Below, piece by piece: positions 36,885 through 46,500 of a stretch of 64,000 nt of DNA; position 1 is the stretch's first letter, and the number at the start of each line of letters is the position of its first letter. A program made the position numbers and the translations under genes. Source of the stretch: Dermatophilaceae bacterium (lineage in GTDB: Bacteria > Actinomycetota > Actinomycetes > Actinomycetales > Dermatophilaceae); assembly GCA_036834825.1 (NCBI GenBank), contig DAITND010000001.1, positions 3,309-67,308 on the forward strand, read 5' to 3'. Under the pieces are notes generated by a model. The model did no database searches. It saw only the letters and a list, made by a program, of their open reading frames with translations, and had not been told where the DNA came from.

Positions 36885-39563
36885 GTGAGCCGACTACTTC
36901 TTATCGACGGTCATTCGATGGCTTACCGGGCGTTCTTCGCGCTCCCGGTGGCCAACTTCGCCACCAGCACCGGTCAGCCGACCAATGCGGTCTATGGGTT
37001 CACCTCCATGCTGATCAATGTCCTGCGCGACGAGGCACCCACCCACGTCGGCGTGGCCTTCGACATCAGCCGCCAGACGTTCCGGATGGCCGAGTACGCC
37101 GAGTACAAGGCGGGTCGCTCAGCGACCCCTGACGAGTTCAAAGGCCAGATCTCGCTGCTGCACGAAGTACTGGACGCGCTGAGGATCCCGTACATCCAGG
37201 TCGAGGGCTTCGAGGCCGATGACGTGCTGGCGACCCTGAGCACGGCGGCCATCGAGGCGGCCGGCATTGACGAGGTGCTCATCTGCTCAGGTGACCGTGA
37301 CGCGTTTCAGCTGGTCAACGACAAGGTGACCGTTCTCTACCCGGTCAAGGGGGTCTCCGAGCTGGCCCGGATGACCCCGGCGGCAGTGGAGGCGAAATAC
37401 GGCCTCCCGCCACATCTGTACAGCGACCTCGCGGCGCTCGTCGGTGAGTCCTCCGACAATCTGCCGGGCGTGCCCGGAGTCGGTCCCAAGACAGCAGCCA
37501 AGTGGATCCAGCAGTACGGCGATCTGACCGGTGTGGTCGCCCATGTCAGCGAGATCAAGGGCAAGGCGGGTGAGTCGCTGCGCGAGCACCTCGACGGCGT
37601 CCTGCGCAACCGCCGGCTGAACCAGCTCGTCCACGACGTCGCCATGGATGTCACCGTGGACGACCTCAGACGTCAGTCATGGGACCGCGAGGAGGTGCAC
37701 AAGGTCTTCGACGGCCTGGAGTTCCGGGTTCTGCGTGACCGTCTCTTCGCGACCCTGAAGGCGGTTGAGGTTGAGGCAGACTCAGGCTTCGACCTGCGGG
37801 GATCAGTGTTGTCATCGGAGCAGGTGCCGGCCTGGCTGAGCGAGCACGCGCCGCCCGGGGCGCGAGTCGGAGTCCATGTTGAGGGCACCTGGACGCGGGG
37901 GACCGGCGACGCCCGGGCACTCGCGATCGCGACCGGGACCGGCGTGGCGGCATACATCGACCTGGTCGGCCTCGACCCCGCGGCAGAGGGGGCGCTCGCG
38001 ACCTGGCTGGGCGACGGCGCGCGGACCAAGGCGCTGCATGACGCCAAGGGGCCGATACAAGCTCTTGCCGCGCGCGGCCTGCCACTGGCGGGGCTGACCA
38101 GTGACACCGCGCTGTCGGCATATCTCGTCCGCCCCGACCAGCGGTCCTATGACCTGGCAGATCTGGTCCTGCGCCACCTGTCCCGCGAGCTTCGCAACGA
38201 CACCGAGTCCGGCGGGCAGGGTCTGCTGGACTTCAGCGCCGGCGGCGAGGCCGAGGCACAGGCATCCATGGTCCGGGCGCGTGCAGTTCTCGACCTGGCA
38301 ACGGCCCTGGACAGCCAGCTCGAGGAGACCGGCGGTGCTGCCCTTCTCGCGCAGATCGAGCTTCCGCTGGTCGACGTTCTGGCGGCCATGGAACGCGTCG
38401 GGATCGCCGCGGACGTACCGGCCATGGAGCAGCTCGAGGCCCATTTCGCCGAGAAGGTCCGCGAGGCACAGGGCGATGCGTACAACGCGATCGGCGGCGA
38501 GCAGATCAACCTGGGCTCGCCCAAACAACTGCAGGTCGTGCTCTTCGAGACCCTCGGCATGCCCAAGACCAAGAAGACCAAGACCGGCTACACGACCGAT
38601 GCCGATGCCCTGACCGATCTCTACGCCAAGACGGAGCACCCGTTCCTGGAGGCGCTGCTGCGCCACCGTGACGCCTCACGACTGCGACAGACCATCGAGG
38701 GCCTGCTGAAGTCCGTGGCCGACGACGGCCGCATCCACACCACCTATCAGCAGACGATCGCCGCCACGGGACGCCTGTCATCGACGGACCCGAACCTGCA
38801 GAACATCCCGATCCGCACGGAGGAGGGACGCCGCATTCGCGAGGTCTTCGTGGTGGGACAAGGCTTCGAATCGCTGATGTCGGCCGACTACAGCCAGATC
38901 GAGATGCGGATCATGGCGCATCTGTCGGGCGACGAGGGGCTGATCGCGGCGTTCAGGTCAGGGGAGGACCTGCACCGCTTCGTGGGCTCGCGCGTGTTCG
39001 GGGTCTCGCCGCAGGACGTGACCCCGGCGATGCGCTCCAAGATCAAGGCGATGTCCTATGGCCTGGCCTACGGCCTCTCGGCATTCGGGCTCTCAAAACA
39101 GCTGCTGATTCCCACCGGCGAGGCCGCCACCCTGATGGAGGAGTACTTCACCCGGTTCGGCGGCGTCCGCGACTATCTGCAGGACGTTGTCGCCCAGGCC
39201 AGGGGGACCGGATACACCGAGACGATGCTGGGCCGTCGGCGCTACCTGCCGGACCTGACCTCGGACAACCGCCAGCGACGCGAGGCGGCCGAACGGATGG
39301 CGCTGAACGCTCCGATCCAGGGTTCGGCGGCCGATATCATCAAGCTCGCCATGCTCCGCGTGGATGGTGGCCTACGAGAGTCAGGTGCCGCGTCGCGGGT
39401 CCTGCTGCAGGTCCACGACGAGCTGGTCCTGGAGATCGCGCCCGGCGAACGTGAGGCCGTCGAGGCGCTGGTACGCAAGGAGATGGGCGCAGCCATCGAG
39501 ATGGACGTCCCGCTGGATGTCAGCATCGGGGTCGGCGGGTCCTGGCACGACGCCGGACACTGA
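36885..39563 (+). CDS. polA: DNA polymerase I
   Basis: GTG 36885 (VSRLLLIDGHSMAYRAFFAL...). It has a 5'-nuclease domain and the polymerase motifs DYSQIEMRIMAHLSGD and QVHDELVLE. Confidence 0.95.
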   Translation: MSRLLLIDGHSMAYRAFFALPVANFATSTGQPTNAVYGFTSMLINVLRDEAPTHVGVAFDISRQTFRMAEYAEYKAGRSATPDEFKGQISLLHEVLDALRIPYIQVEGFEADDVLATLSTAAIEAAGIDEVLICSGDRDAFQLVNDKVTVLYPVKGVSELARMTPAAVEAKYGLPPHLYSDLAALVGESSDNLPGVPGVGPKTAAKWIQQYGDLTGVVAHVSEIKGKAGESLREHLDGVLRNRRLNQLVHDVAMDVTVDDLRRQSWDREEVHKVFDGLEFRVLRDRLFATLKAVEVEADSGFDLRGSVLSSEQVPAWLSEHAPPGARVGVHVEGTWTRGTGDARALAIATGTGVAAYIDLVGLDPAAEGALATWLGDGARTKALHDAKGPIQALAARGLPLAGLTSDTALSAYLVRPDQRSYDLADLVLRHLSRELRNDTESGGQGLLDFSAGGEAEAQASMVRARAVLDLATALDSQLEETGGAALLAQIELPLVDVLAAMERVGIAADVPAMEQLEAHFAEKVREAQGDAYNAIGGEQINLGSPKQLQVVLFETLGMPKTKKTKTGYTTDADALTDLYAKTEHPFLEALLRHRDASRLRQTIEGLLKSVADDGRIHTTYQQTIAATGRLSSTDPNLQNIPIRTEEGRRIREVFVVGQGFESLMSADYSQIEMRIMAHLSGDEGLIAAFRSGEDLHRFVGSRVFGVSPQDVTPAMRSKIKAMSYGLAYGLSAFGLSKQLLIPTGEAATLMEEYFTRFGGVRDYLQDVVAQARGTGYTETMLGRRRYLPDLTSDNRQRREAAERMALNAPIQGSAADIIKLAMLRVDGGLRESGAASRVLLQVHDELVLEIAPGEREAVEALVRKEMGAAIEMDVPLDVSIGVGGSWHDAGH

Positions 39564-39589
39564 TACTCGGGTTGCGGAGCCGGTAGCTC

Positions 39590-41182
39590 ATGAGGATCCC
39601 GCCCGCGCGCAGCGCCTACCTGGTCGGTGTGGTCGTCACCGTGGCCCTGACTGCGCTTCTGACGTGGGGGGCCATGGCGCCGGGATACCTGCTGTATCGC
39701 GACTTCGTGACGGTGCCGGCGCCGGTGCTCAATGCGGCGGCGTTGGGGGCAGGAGGGGCGCCGCGCTCGGTGCCGCTGGACGTCGTGACAGCCCTCACGA
39801 CCTGGCTCGTTCCATCCTGGCTTGTCCAGAAGATCCTTCTTGTCGCGCCACTTCTGCTGGCGGGATCTGGTGTGTCGTTCCTGTTGCGCCACCGGGGGTT
39901 CGCTGCAACCATCGTTGGTTCGGTTCTGGCCGTCTGGAACCCCTACGTCGCGGAACGACTGTTGCTGGGCCAGCCGCCGACCCTGCTCGGCTACGCGATG
40001 ATTCCGTGGTTGATCGCAGCGGTTCGCTCGCAGAGATCGCGAGGATGGCGTATCGCGCTCGTCGCCCTCGCAGCGCTGCCGGCGGCCCTTACCCCGGTCG
40101 GGGGAGTGATGGCTCTGCTGACAGTCATCATCGCGGCAGCCAGCCTGGCCAAGGGGCGGCGCGTCGCTGATGCGGCTCTGCTCGCTCTGCCGGTGTTCTT
40201 GTTCTGTGTGCCGTGGATCGTCACTGGTCTGGGTGACCCGACCCGCGGGGCAACGCCGTCGGGCGCAACCGCCTTTGCGGTTGCCGCGGACTCACCCGCC
40301 GGTGTGATCGGCTCGGTGCTAACCCTTGGTGGCGTCTGGGCGCCGGGCGCCAGTCTCGCCTCGCGAGCCACCGTGACGACCTTGCTGGCCGAGCTCGTTC
40401 TGGTTGTGGTCGCGATCTGCGCCTGGTGGATCCTGCGGCGCGACTCACGGCTGCGCCGGCCGGCCGACCTCGCGCTCGCTGCGTACGCCTTGGTGGTGCT
40501 TGCCGTTCTTCTTGTTGCCGGCCCTGCGTTGCCATGGTGGCGTTCTCTGCAGACGGTGCCGGGTGTGGCGATTCTTCGGGACACCCATCGCCTTGTCGGC
40601 TTCGCGGCGATGTCAGTGTCCCTGCTGGGCGGCATCGCGGCCGCCCAAGTGGTCTCCGCGCGCTCTGGTCTGCGCGGGCCGCGCGGGTGGTTGCCCTCGT
40701 TTGCGGCGGTGCTGGCGCTCGTGGGTGTAGGGCTCCTGTCTGCTCCGGACCTCGCGGCGCGACTGCACACAGAGCTGCATCCGGTGAGCTTCCCGGGGCA
40801 GTGGGCCCAGGTGGTTGCAGCTGTGGACGGCTCGCCGGGCGACGGGTCGGTCCTGATCCTGCCGTGGCAGCCCTTTCGGCAGACCCGGTGGGCGGGGCCG
40901 CAGCCTTTCCTGGACCCCTTGCCGCGAGCCCTGGGCGCCGGCGTCGTCAGCGCCCGCGACCTGCTCGTGACTCGGGGGGGGCGCGACCTGTGGGTCGGGG
41001 GAGAGGATCCGCCGCAGGCGGAGCAATGGCGACGGGGCCGGGTCGACGGTGCCGAGCTGCGCCGGATCGGCGTTGGGTGGCTGGTCGAGTGGCTGGACAG
41101 CTCGGGAGAGCTGCCGACCGGGCACCAAGGGCTGACAAAAGTGCTTGACGGTCCGCATTGGCGAGTATGGCGAGTCGGCTGA
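39590..41182 (+). CDS. Uncharacterised polytopic membrane protein (530 aa)
   Basis: At least 10 hydrophobic helices are followed by a soluble C-terminal part (...HPVSFPGQWAQVVAAVDGSPGDGSVLILPWQPFRQTRWAG...). No family recognised by eye. It is the first gene after polA. Confidence 0.6.
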   Translation: MRIPPARSAYLVGVVVTVALTALLTWGAMAPGYLLYRDFVTVPAPVLNAAALGAGGAPRSVPLDVVTALTTWLVPSWLVQKILLVAPLLLAGSGVSFLLRHRGFAATIVGSVLAVWNPYVAERLLLGQPPTLLGYAMIPWLIAAVRSQRSRGWRIALVALAALPAALTPVGGVMALLTVIIAAASLAKGRRVADAALLALPVFLFCVPWIVTGLGDPTRGATPSGATAFAVAADSPAGVIGSVLTLGGVWAPGASLASRATVTTLLAELVLVVVAICAWWILRRDSRLRRPADLALAAYALVVLAVLLVAGPALPWWRSLQTVPGVAILRDTHRLVGFAAMSVSLLGGIAAAQVVSARSGLRGPRGWLPSFAAVLALVGVGLLSAPDLAARLHTELHPVSFPGQWAQVVAAVDGSPGDGSVLILPWQPFRQTRWAGPQPFLDPLPRALGAGVVSARDLLVTRGGRDLWVGGEDPPQAEQWRRGRVDGAELRRIGVGWLVEWLDSSGELPTGHQGLTKVLDGPHWRVWRVG

Positions 41183-41258
41183 TCACGTTTGTCCTGGCCT
41201 TCTCGCTCCCAGGCGCACAGATCGGCTACTATTCGGTAACCACGTCTTGGAGGACCCC

Positions 41259-41462
41259 ATGCCGTTGCCACACCGCGCCGATGATGGTTTTGTCCTGCCC
41301 ACGCTAGCCGTCGCGGTGCTCAGCCTGTTGCTGGGAGGCGGCGCGGCCATTATCGCCGTGGACTCGGTGGTCAACAGTTACGGCTCCAACGACCAGGTTG
41401 CCGTTCAGACCGGTCCCAAGGACGTCATCGCTCCCGCGCAGGTCATCCCTTACGGCGGCTGA
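41259..41462 (+). CDS. DUF2613-like small secreted/membrane protein (Rv0236A-like)
   Basis: MPLPHRADDGFVLPTLAVAVLSLLLGGGAAIIAV...VIPYGG has a single TM helix and a C-terminal YG(G). This small gene type accompanies aftD in mycobacteria. Confidence 0.5.
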   Translation: MPLPHRADDGFVLPTLAVAVLSLLLGGGAAIIAVDSVVNSYGSNDQVAVQTGPKDVIAPAQVIPYGG

Positions 41463-41505
41463 ACCTCGTCTTGCCGGTGCGCAGTGCCTGACGGGTGATA
41501 GCGCC

Positions 41506-42660
41506 CTACGGGTTTCGAATGAGCGCCGGCCCGGCGTCCGTTGTCGAGTTCGGAGCACCGTGGCGGGCAACGCGCGACAGCAGATCCTCCCAGCTCGAGA
41601 TCGTCCCCGCCCAGGTGAACCCTCGCGCATGTTCGCGTGCCGCAGCACCCAACGTGTCCCGCAGCAGCTGATCCGACAATAACCTCGAAACGGCAGCCGC
41701 CATCCCATCGAGGTCGTGCACGAGCAGACCTGTGCGGCCGTCCTTGATGGACTCTGAGAGACCTCCAGCCCCGTGGTAGGCCACCGTGGGGACCCCATGG
41801 CTGGCTGCTTCGACGACGTTGAGACCCCAGCCCTCCTTGATGCTGGGCGCCAACGCCACCCACGCCGCGGCGAGCTCGGCGTGCTTGTGCTCCTCCGAGA
41901 GGAAGCCCAGGTGAGCAACGCGGTCGGAAACCCCGCAGGCTTCAGCGTGTGCTCGCACTGTGGGAGCCCACCAGCCATCGCCGATGATGCGCAGGCGCAG
42001 ATCTGGGTGCGACTCGCGAAGCTTGGCCAGCACGTCGATCGCTTGCTCGACGCGCTTGTGCGGCACAAGGCGGCCAAGGACCACCATTGTGGGATGGGTG
42101 GACCTGCCCACATCCGTGGACATCGGTTCGTCGGTGCCGTTGAGTATCACCGCGATGTGGCTCGCCTCGACACCGAGCTCGGCGAGCTCGTCCTTGGTGG
42201 GACCCGATACGGCGACATACTGTCGGCCGCGGTAGACCCTGGGAGACAGCCTGGACTCGATGACCCAGCCGATCCTGGCCGCGAGCGGGCCGAACACGAC
42301 GGGCCACTGCTCCCGGTGGACGTGATGTACGAGAGATACCACGGGTGTCGATGTTGCCAGCGGTGAGAAGAACGGCAGCCCGTTCTGGACGTCGACTACG
42401 ACATCGAACGGGCTCTCTTTGCGTTCCAGCCAACGAAGTCCGCGCAGTGCCTGCAGGTACACACCGACCCGGCCGCCGCGGCGCCGGAGCCGAACACCGT
42501 CGACTCTCTCATCCCGGGGTGCGTGTCCGTGGTCGGCGCACAGCAACGTCACCTCGTGACCACGCTGTACCAACCCGGTTGCGACATTGACGGCGTACCG
42601 TTCTGCGCCTCCGCCATCGGGATGCGTCAGATCGCGCCAGTTCAAAATGGCGATGCGCAC
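41506..42660 (-). CDS. Glycosyltransferase family 4 (GT-B)
   Basis: MRIAILNWRDLTHPDGGGAERYA...VVLGRLVPHKRV...PSIKEGWGLNVVEAASHGVPTVA. Confidence 0.85.
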   Translation of the reverse strand: MRIAILNWRDLTHPDGGGAERYAVNVATGLVQRGHEVTLLCADHGHAPRDERVDGVRLRRRGGRVGVYLQALRGLRWLERKESPFDVVVDVQNGLPFFSPLATSTPVVSLVHHVHREQWPVVFGPLAARIGWVIESRLSPRVYRGRQYVAVSGPTKDELAELGVEASHIAVILNGTDEPMSTDVGRSTHPTMVVLGRLVPHKRVEQAIDVLAKLRESHPDLRLRIIGDGWWAPTVRAHAEACGVSDRVAHLGFLSEEHKHAELAAAWVALAPSIKEGWGLNVVEAASHGVPTVAYHGAGGLSESIKDGRTGLLVHDLDGMAAAVSRLLSDQLLRDTLGAAAREHARGFTWAGTISSWEDLLSRVARHGAPNSTTDAGPALIRNP

Positions 42661-42745
42661 GTGTGCTCCGAAGCGCTCGGGTGGATTGACTGCACCACAA
42701 GGTGAATTGATTGTTACCGTAGAGTAACCGGGTTAGGGTTCAAAA

Positions 42746-43528
42746 GTGAGTGAAGCTGGGGATGTGTACCCCTCGCCGTCCTCGGCCCCGCGGCTCCCGC
42801 CAATCGGATCCCTGCGCCGCTCCGTCGCCCTTTTCCGGGCGTTTCACGTCGAGCAGAGCGACCCAGACAGGTTCTACTCCCTGCTCGCGGCCGACTCGGT
42901 CCGCGAGGCGTCGCGGTGGTGCGACCTACGCGGCGCCCTGGTCCTGGACGTCGGTGGCGGTCCGGGGTTCTTCGCGGATGCCTTTCACGCTGCCGGCGCG
43001 TCATATGCGGGTGTCGACCCCGATGTCGGCGAGCTGACCGCCCGGGGCCAGGCGGGCACCAACACCGTCCGCGCATCGGGACTGCACCTGCCATTTGCCG
43101 ACTCGAGTCTCGACCTGACGTATTCCAGCAACGTCCTGGAACATGTCCCGGACCCCGAGAACATGGCGCGTGAGATGGTGCGTGTCACGAAGCCGGGCGG
43201 GACAATCCTGATCTCCTGGACCCCATGGCTCTCGCCGTGGGGAGGACACGAGACCGCACCGTGGCATTACGTGGGCGGTCACTACGCCGCCGATCGCTAC
43301 GCTGCCCGGCATGGACATCGGCCCAAGAACGACTTCGGCCGATCGCTGTTCGCGTGCTCAGTCGCCAGGATGAGCCGTTGGGCCAGAGCAGCCGAGGCGG
43401 CGGGGGATCTGGGCGTTGTTGCCATGTTGCCGCGCTATCACCCGTCGTGGGCCCGTTGGGTGGTCCGGGTGCCCGGGCTGCGTGAGGTGGTCAGTTGGAA
43501 CGCCGTGCTGGTCCTGGTCAGGCAGTGA
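42746..43528 (+). CDS. Class I SAM-dependent methyltransferase
   Basis: VLDVGGGPGFFADAF is motif I. ...FADSSLDLTYSSNVLEHVPDPENMAREMVRVTKPGGTILIS follows. Confidence 0.8.
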   Translation: MSEAGDVYPSPSSAPRLPPIGSLRRSVALFRAFHVEQSDPDRFYSLLAADSVREASRWCDLRGALVLDVGGGPGFFADAFHAAGASYAGVDPDVGELTARGQAGTNTVRASGLHLPFADSSLDLTYSSNVLEHVPDPENMAREMVRVTKPGGTILISWTPWLSPWGGHETAPWHYVGGHYAADRYAARHGHRPKNDFGRSLFACSVARMSRWARAAEAAGDLGVVAMLPRYHPSWARWVVRVPGLREVVSWNAVLVLVRQ

Positions 43529-46500
43529 GCACGGCACCCGCCAACCAGGTGGTATGGCGTTCCAGAGTCGTCGTCATGTGTATCGCATTGTCAGCGCTGT
43601 GTTTTCTCCAGTCGCCCGGGCTGATCGTGCCGGACACGAAGCTCGACCTGACCGCGAACCCGGGCAGCTTTCTCCTGCGGGCGCTGCACCTGTGGGATCC
43701 GCACGGGGCCTTCGGCCAGCTGCAGAACCAGGCCTACGGTTACCTGCTCCCGATGGGGCCGTTCCATTGGGTGTTGTCATCTGCGGGCGTCCCGGCCTGG
43801 ATCGTCCAGAGGCTCTGGTGGTCGCTGATTCTGTGTGTGGCCTTCGTGGGCCTGTGGCGCCTGGCCCGTGCGCTTCGGATCGGTGGGCCGTGGGCCCAGC
43901 TCGCGGCAGCACTGCTCTACGCCTTGAGCCCGCGGATGATTTCAGAGGTCTCCATCACCTCTGTCGAGGTATGGCCCATGGCCATGGCGCCGTGGGTTCT
44001 ACTTCCCCTGGTCATCGCGTCGCCTCGTTCGTGGCTGTGGCGAATCAGCCGCTCAGCATTGGCTTTTGCCCTGATCGGCGGGGTGAACGCCGTGGCGACC
44101 GGAGCCGCCCTCATCCTGCCGACGTTGTGGTTCCTCACGCGGCGATGGGAGCGTCGGACCGCATTGGCCGGTGTCAGCTGGCTCGGTCTGGTCATGGCGG
44201 TCTCGTTGTGGTGGCTCTTGCCTTTGGTGCAGCTCGGCAGATACAGCCCCCCGTTCCTGGACTGGATTGAGGGCGCGGCCGTGACGACCGGGACGGCCAG
44301 CGTTTTCGAGTCGTTCCGCGGTACTTCCGCGTGGCTTGCCTTCCTGGCGGGTCCGGTCGGCCCGAGCTGGCCGGGGGGTTGGCAGTATCTGACGCTGCCG
44401 TTGCTCATTGTCGGCACGGCCGCCGTCGCGACGGCTGGCCTGGTGGGTCTTTGCTTGCGGTCAACCCCTCATCGACGTTTCCTGGCGATCGGGGCCGCGG
44501 TCGGGCTGTTGCTGCTCACGTTCGGTCATTCGGGTGCGGCAGGCTCGCCGGTAGCCAGCCTTGTGCAGGGTATGCTCGACGGCCCGCTTGCCGCTTTGCG
44601 CAACACTCACAAGTTCGAACTGGTCCTGCGGCTGCCGCTGATGCTCGCCGCGGCCCAGGCGCTGACATTCGGGGGCGTGCGTTTGCGCGCCATGAGGGCG
44701 CCCCGTTTCCTGGCGCCCGTGCTCGTGACCAGCCTCGTGATTCTCGTGACCTCCCCGGCGATCGTGGGTGGCATGGCACGGCCCGATGGCTACGTCGCCA
44801 TCCCCGCGCACTGGTATCAGGCCGCAGCCTGGCTCGATCACCAGAGCGCGCCGGGAACGGTGCTCGTTGTCCCGGCATCCTCATTTGCGGACTTCACCTG
44901 GGGATCGACCAAGGACGAGCCGTTACAGGCGCTGATGCGTCGGCCTTTCGCGGTCCGGGACGCCGTGCCGCTGGGGTCGGCCGGCTCCACCAGGCTGCTG
45001 GACGAGATTCAGAGTCAGCTGGGTCAGGGCCAGGGCGGCCCCGGGCTGCGTTCCCTGCTCGAGCGTGCGGGCGTGCGCTACGTCGTGGCCCGCAACGACC
45101 TGCGGCTGGACGCACAGGGTGACCCGTTGATCGCCGTCCATGAGAGCCTGGCCGAGTCGGGGATCAGCCGGGTCGCGCAGTTCGGCCCTCCCACGGGTAG
45201 CCAGGTGGACAACCCGACACGGACGGTCGACGAGCGGACGCTCGTGCCTTACCCGAGCGTCGAGATCTTCGACGTCGGTGCGACTCAGGCCGTGAGCGTC
45301 GTTGCCCGTTCTCAGCTGGTGACCGCGACCGCCGGCCCTGAGGACGTCGCAGGGCTGGCTGGCCTGTATGGCGTGGACGGGGCGGCGGTGCTCGGTTCGG
45401 ACGTCCTAGGTCACAAAAGCCTGTTGGCGACCGCGCCAAGCGTGCTCACCGATGGGCAGCGTAGGCGTGAGGTGTTCTTCGGTCGTGCGACGCACAACAC
45501 CTCGCAGGTGCTGGCCATGGACGACCCTGGGCGGCAGCATCGCCGGGCTCTGGACTACGTCTCGGACGCTCGGGCGGGTGTGACAACGCTGGCCTGGGCG
45601 GGTGTCGAGAGTGTCCTGGCGTCGTCCTCGGCCTCCGACGCGAACGCCAGCCTGCGTCTGGGGACCGCGTACTCGCCTGCGGCCGCGGTCGACGGCGACC
45701 CGGGCACCCGATGGGTGTCTGGACGGTTCGGCCAGGCCAGCGGGGAGTGGCTCGAGGTCCGGTTCAGCAAACCGGTCGACGTCAGCACCATCGGACTCGA
45801 GCTCTCGGACCAGGCGCCCGTCGGCGCCGCGGCTCGATCGGTGGCCGTGACCACGGACCGTGGCACCCGATCAGCCACAGTGGACGGTTCCGTGGCCTTT
45901 CAGACGCTCCAGACGGCGGCCGGTCTCACCAGTCGGGTCCGGGTGACGAACACGTCCGTGTTAGCGGGGCCGGAGAACGGGTTCTCGATCGCTGATCTGA
46001 GCATTCCGGGGGTCAACCCAGTCACGAGCCTGACGCTGCCCGTATCGAGCCAACCCAGCGTCGACGCCATCATCCTGCGGGATCAGCTGCCCGGACGTTC
46101 GCCGTGCCTGCACGTCGGCGATCGTCCGCTGTGTCGCGCGTCGACGGGCCTGCTCAGCGAGGAGTCGGCAGGGATGCGGCGCCTGTTCAGCCTCCCGACC
46201 GCCCGGACCTATACGTTCAGCGGCGAGGTCCTTCCCCGGGACGGCGCCGCCCTCGAAAAGCTGCTGGCCAATCCGAGCGTCATCTCGGCGTCGGCGTCGT
46301 CGCGCGCCGTCAGCGCGCCGGAGGGTCGTCCCGACGCGGCCGTCGACAACAATCTCTCCACGGGATGGGTCGCGTCCGCCGATGATGCGTCTCCCTGGCT
46401 CAAGCTCAGCTGGCCACACCCACGTCTAGTACATGGACTCCAGTTCGAGACCGACCAGTACCTCGCAGGTTCGCGCCCCACAAGCGTCAAGGTGACGTTC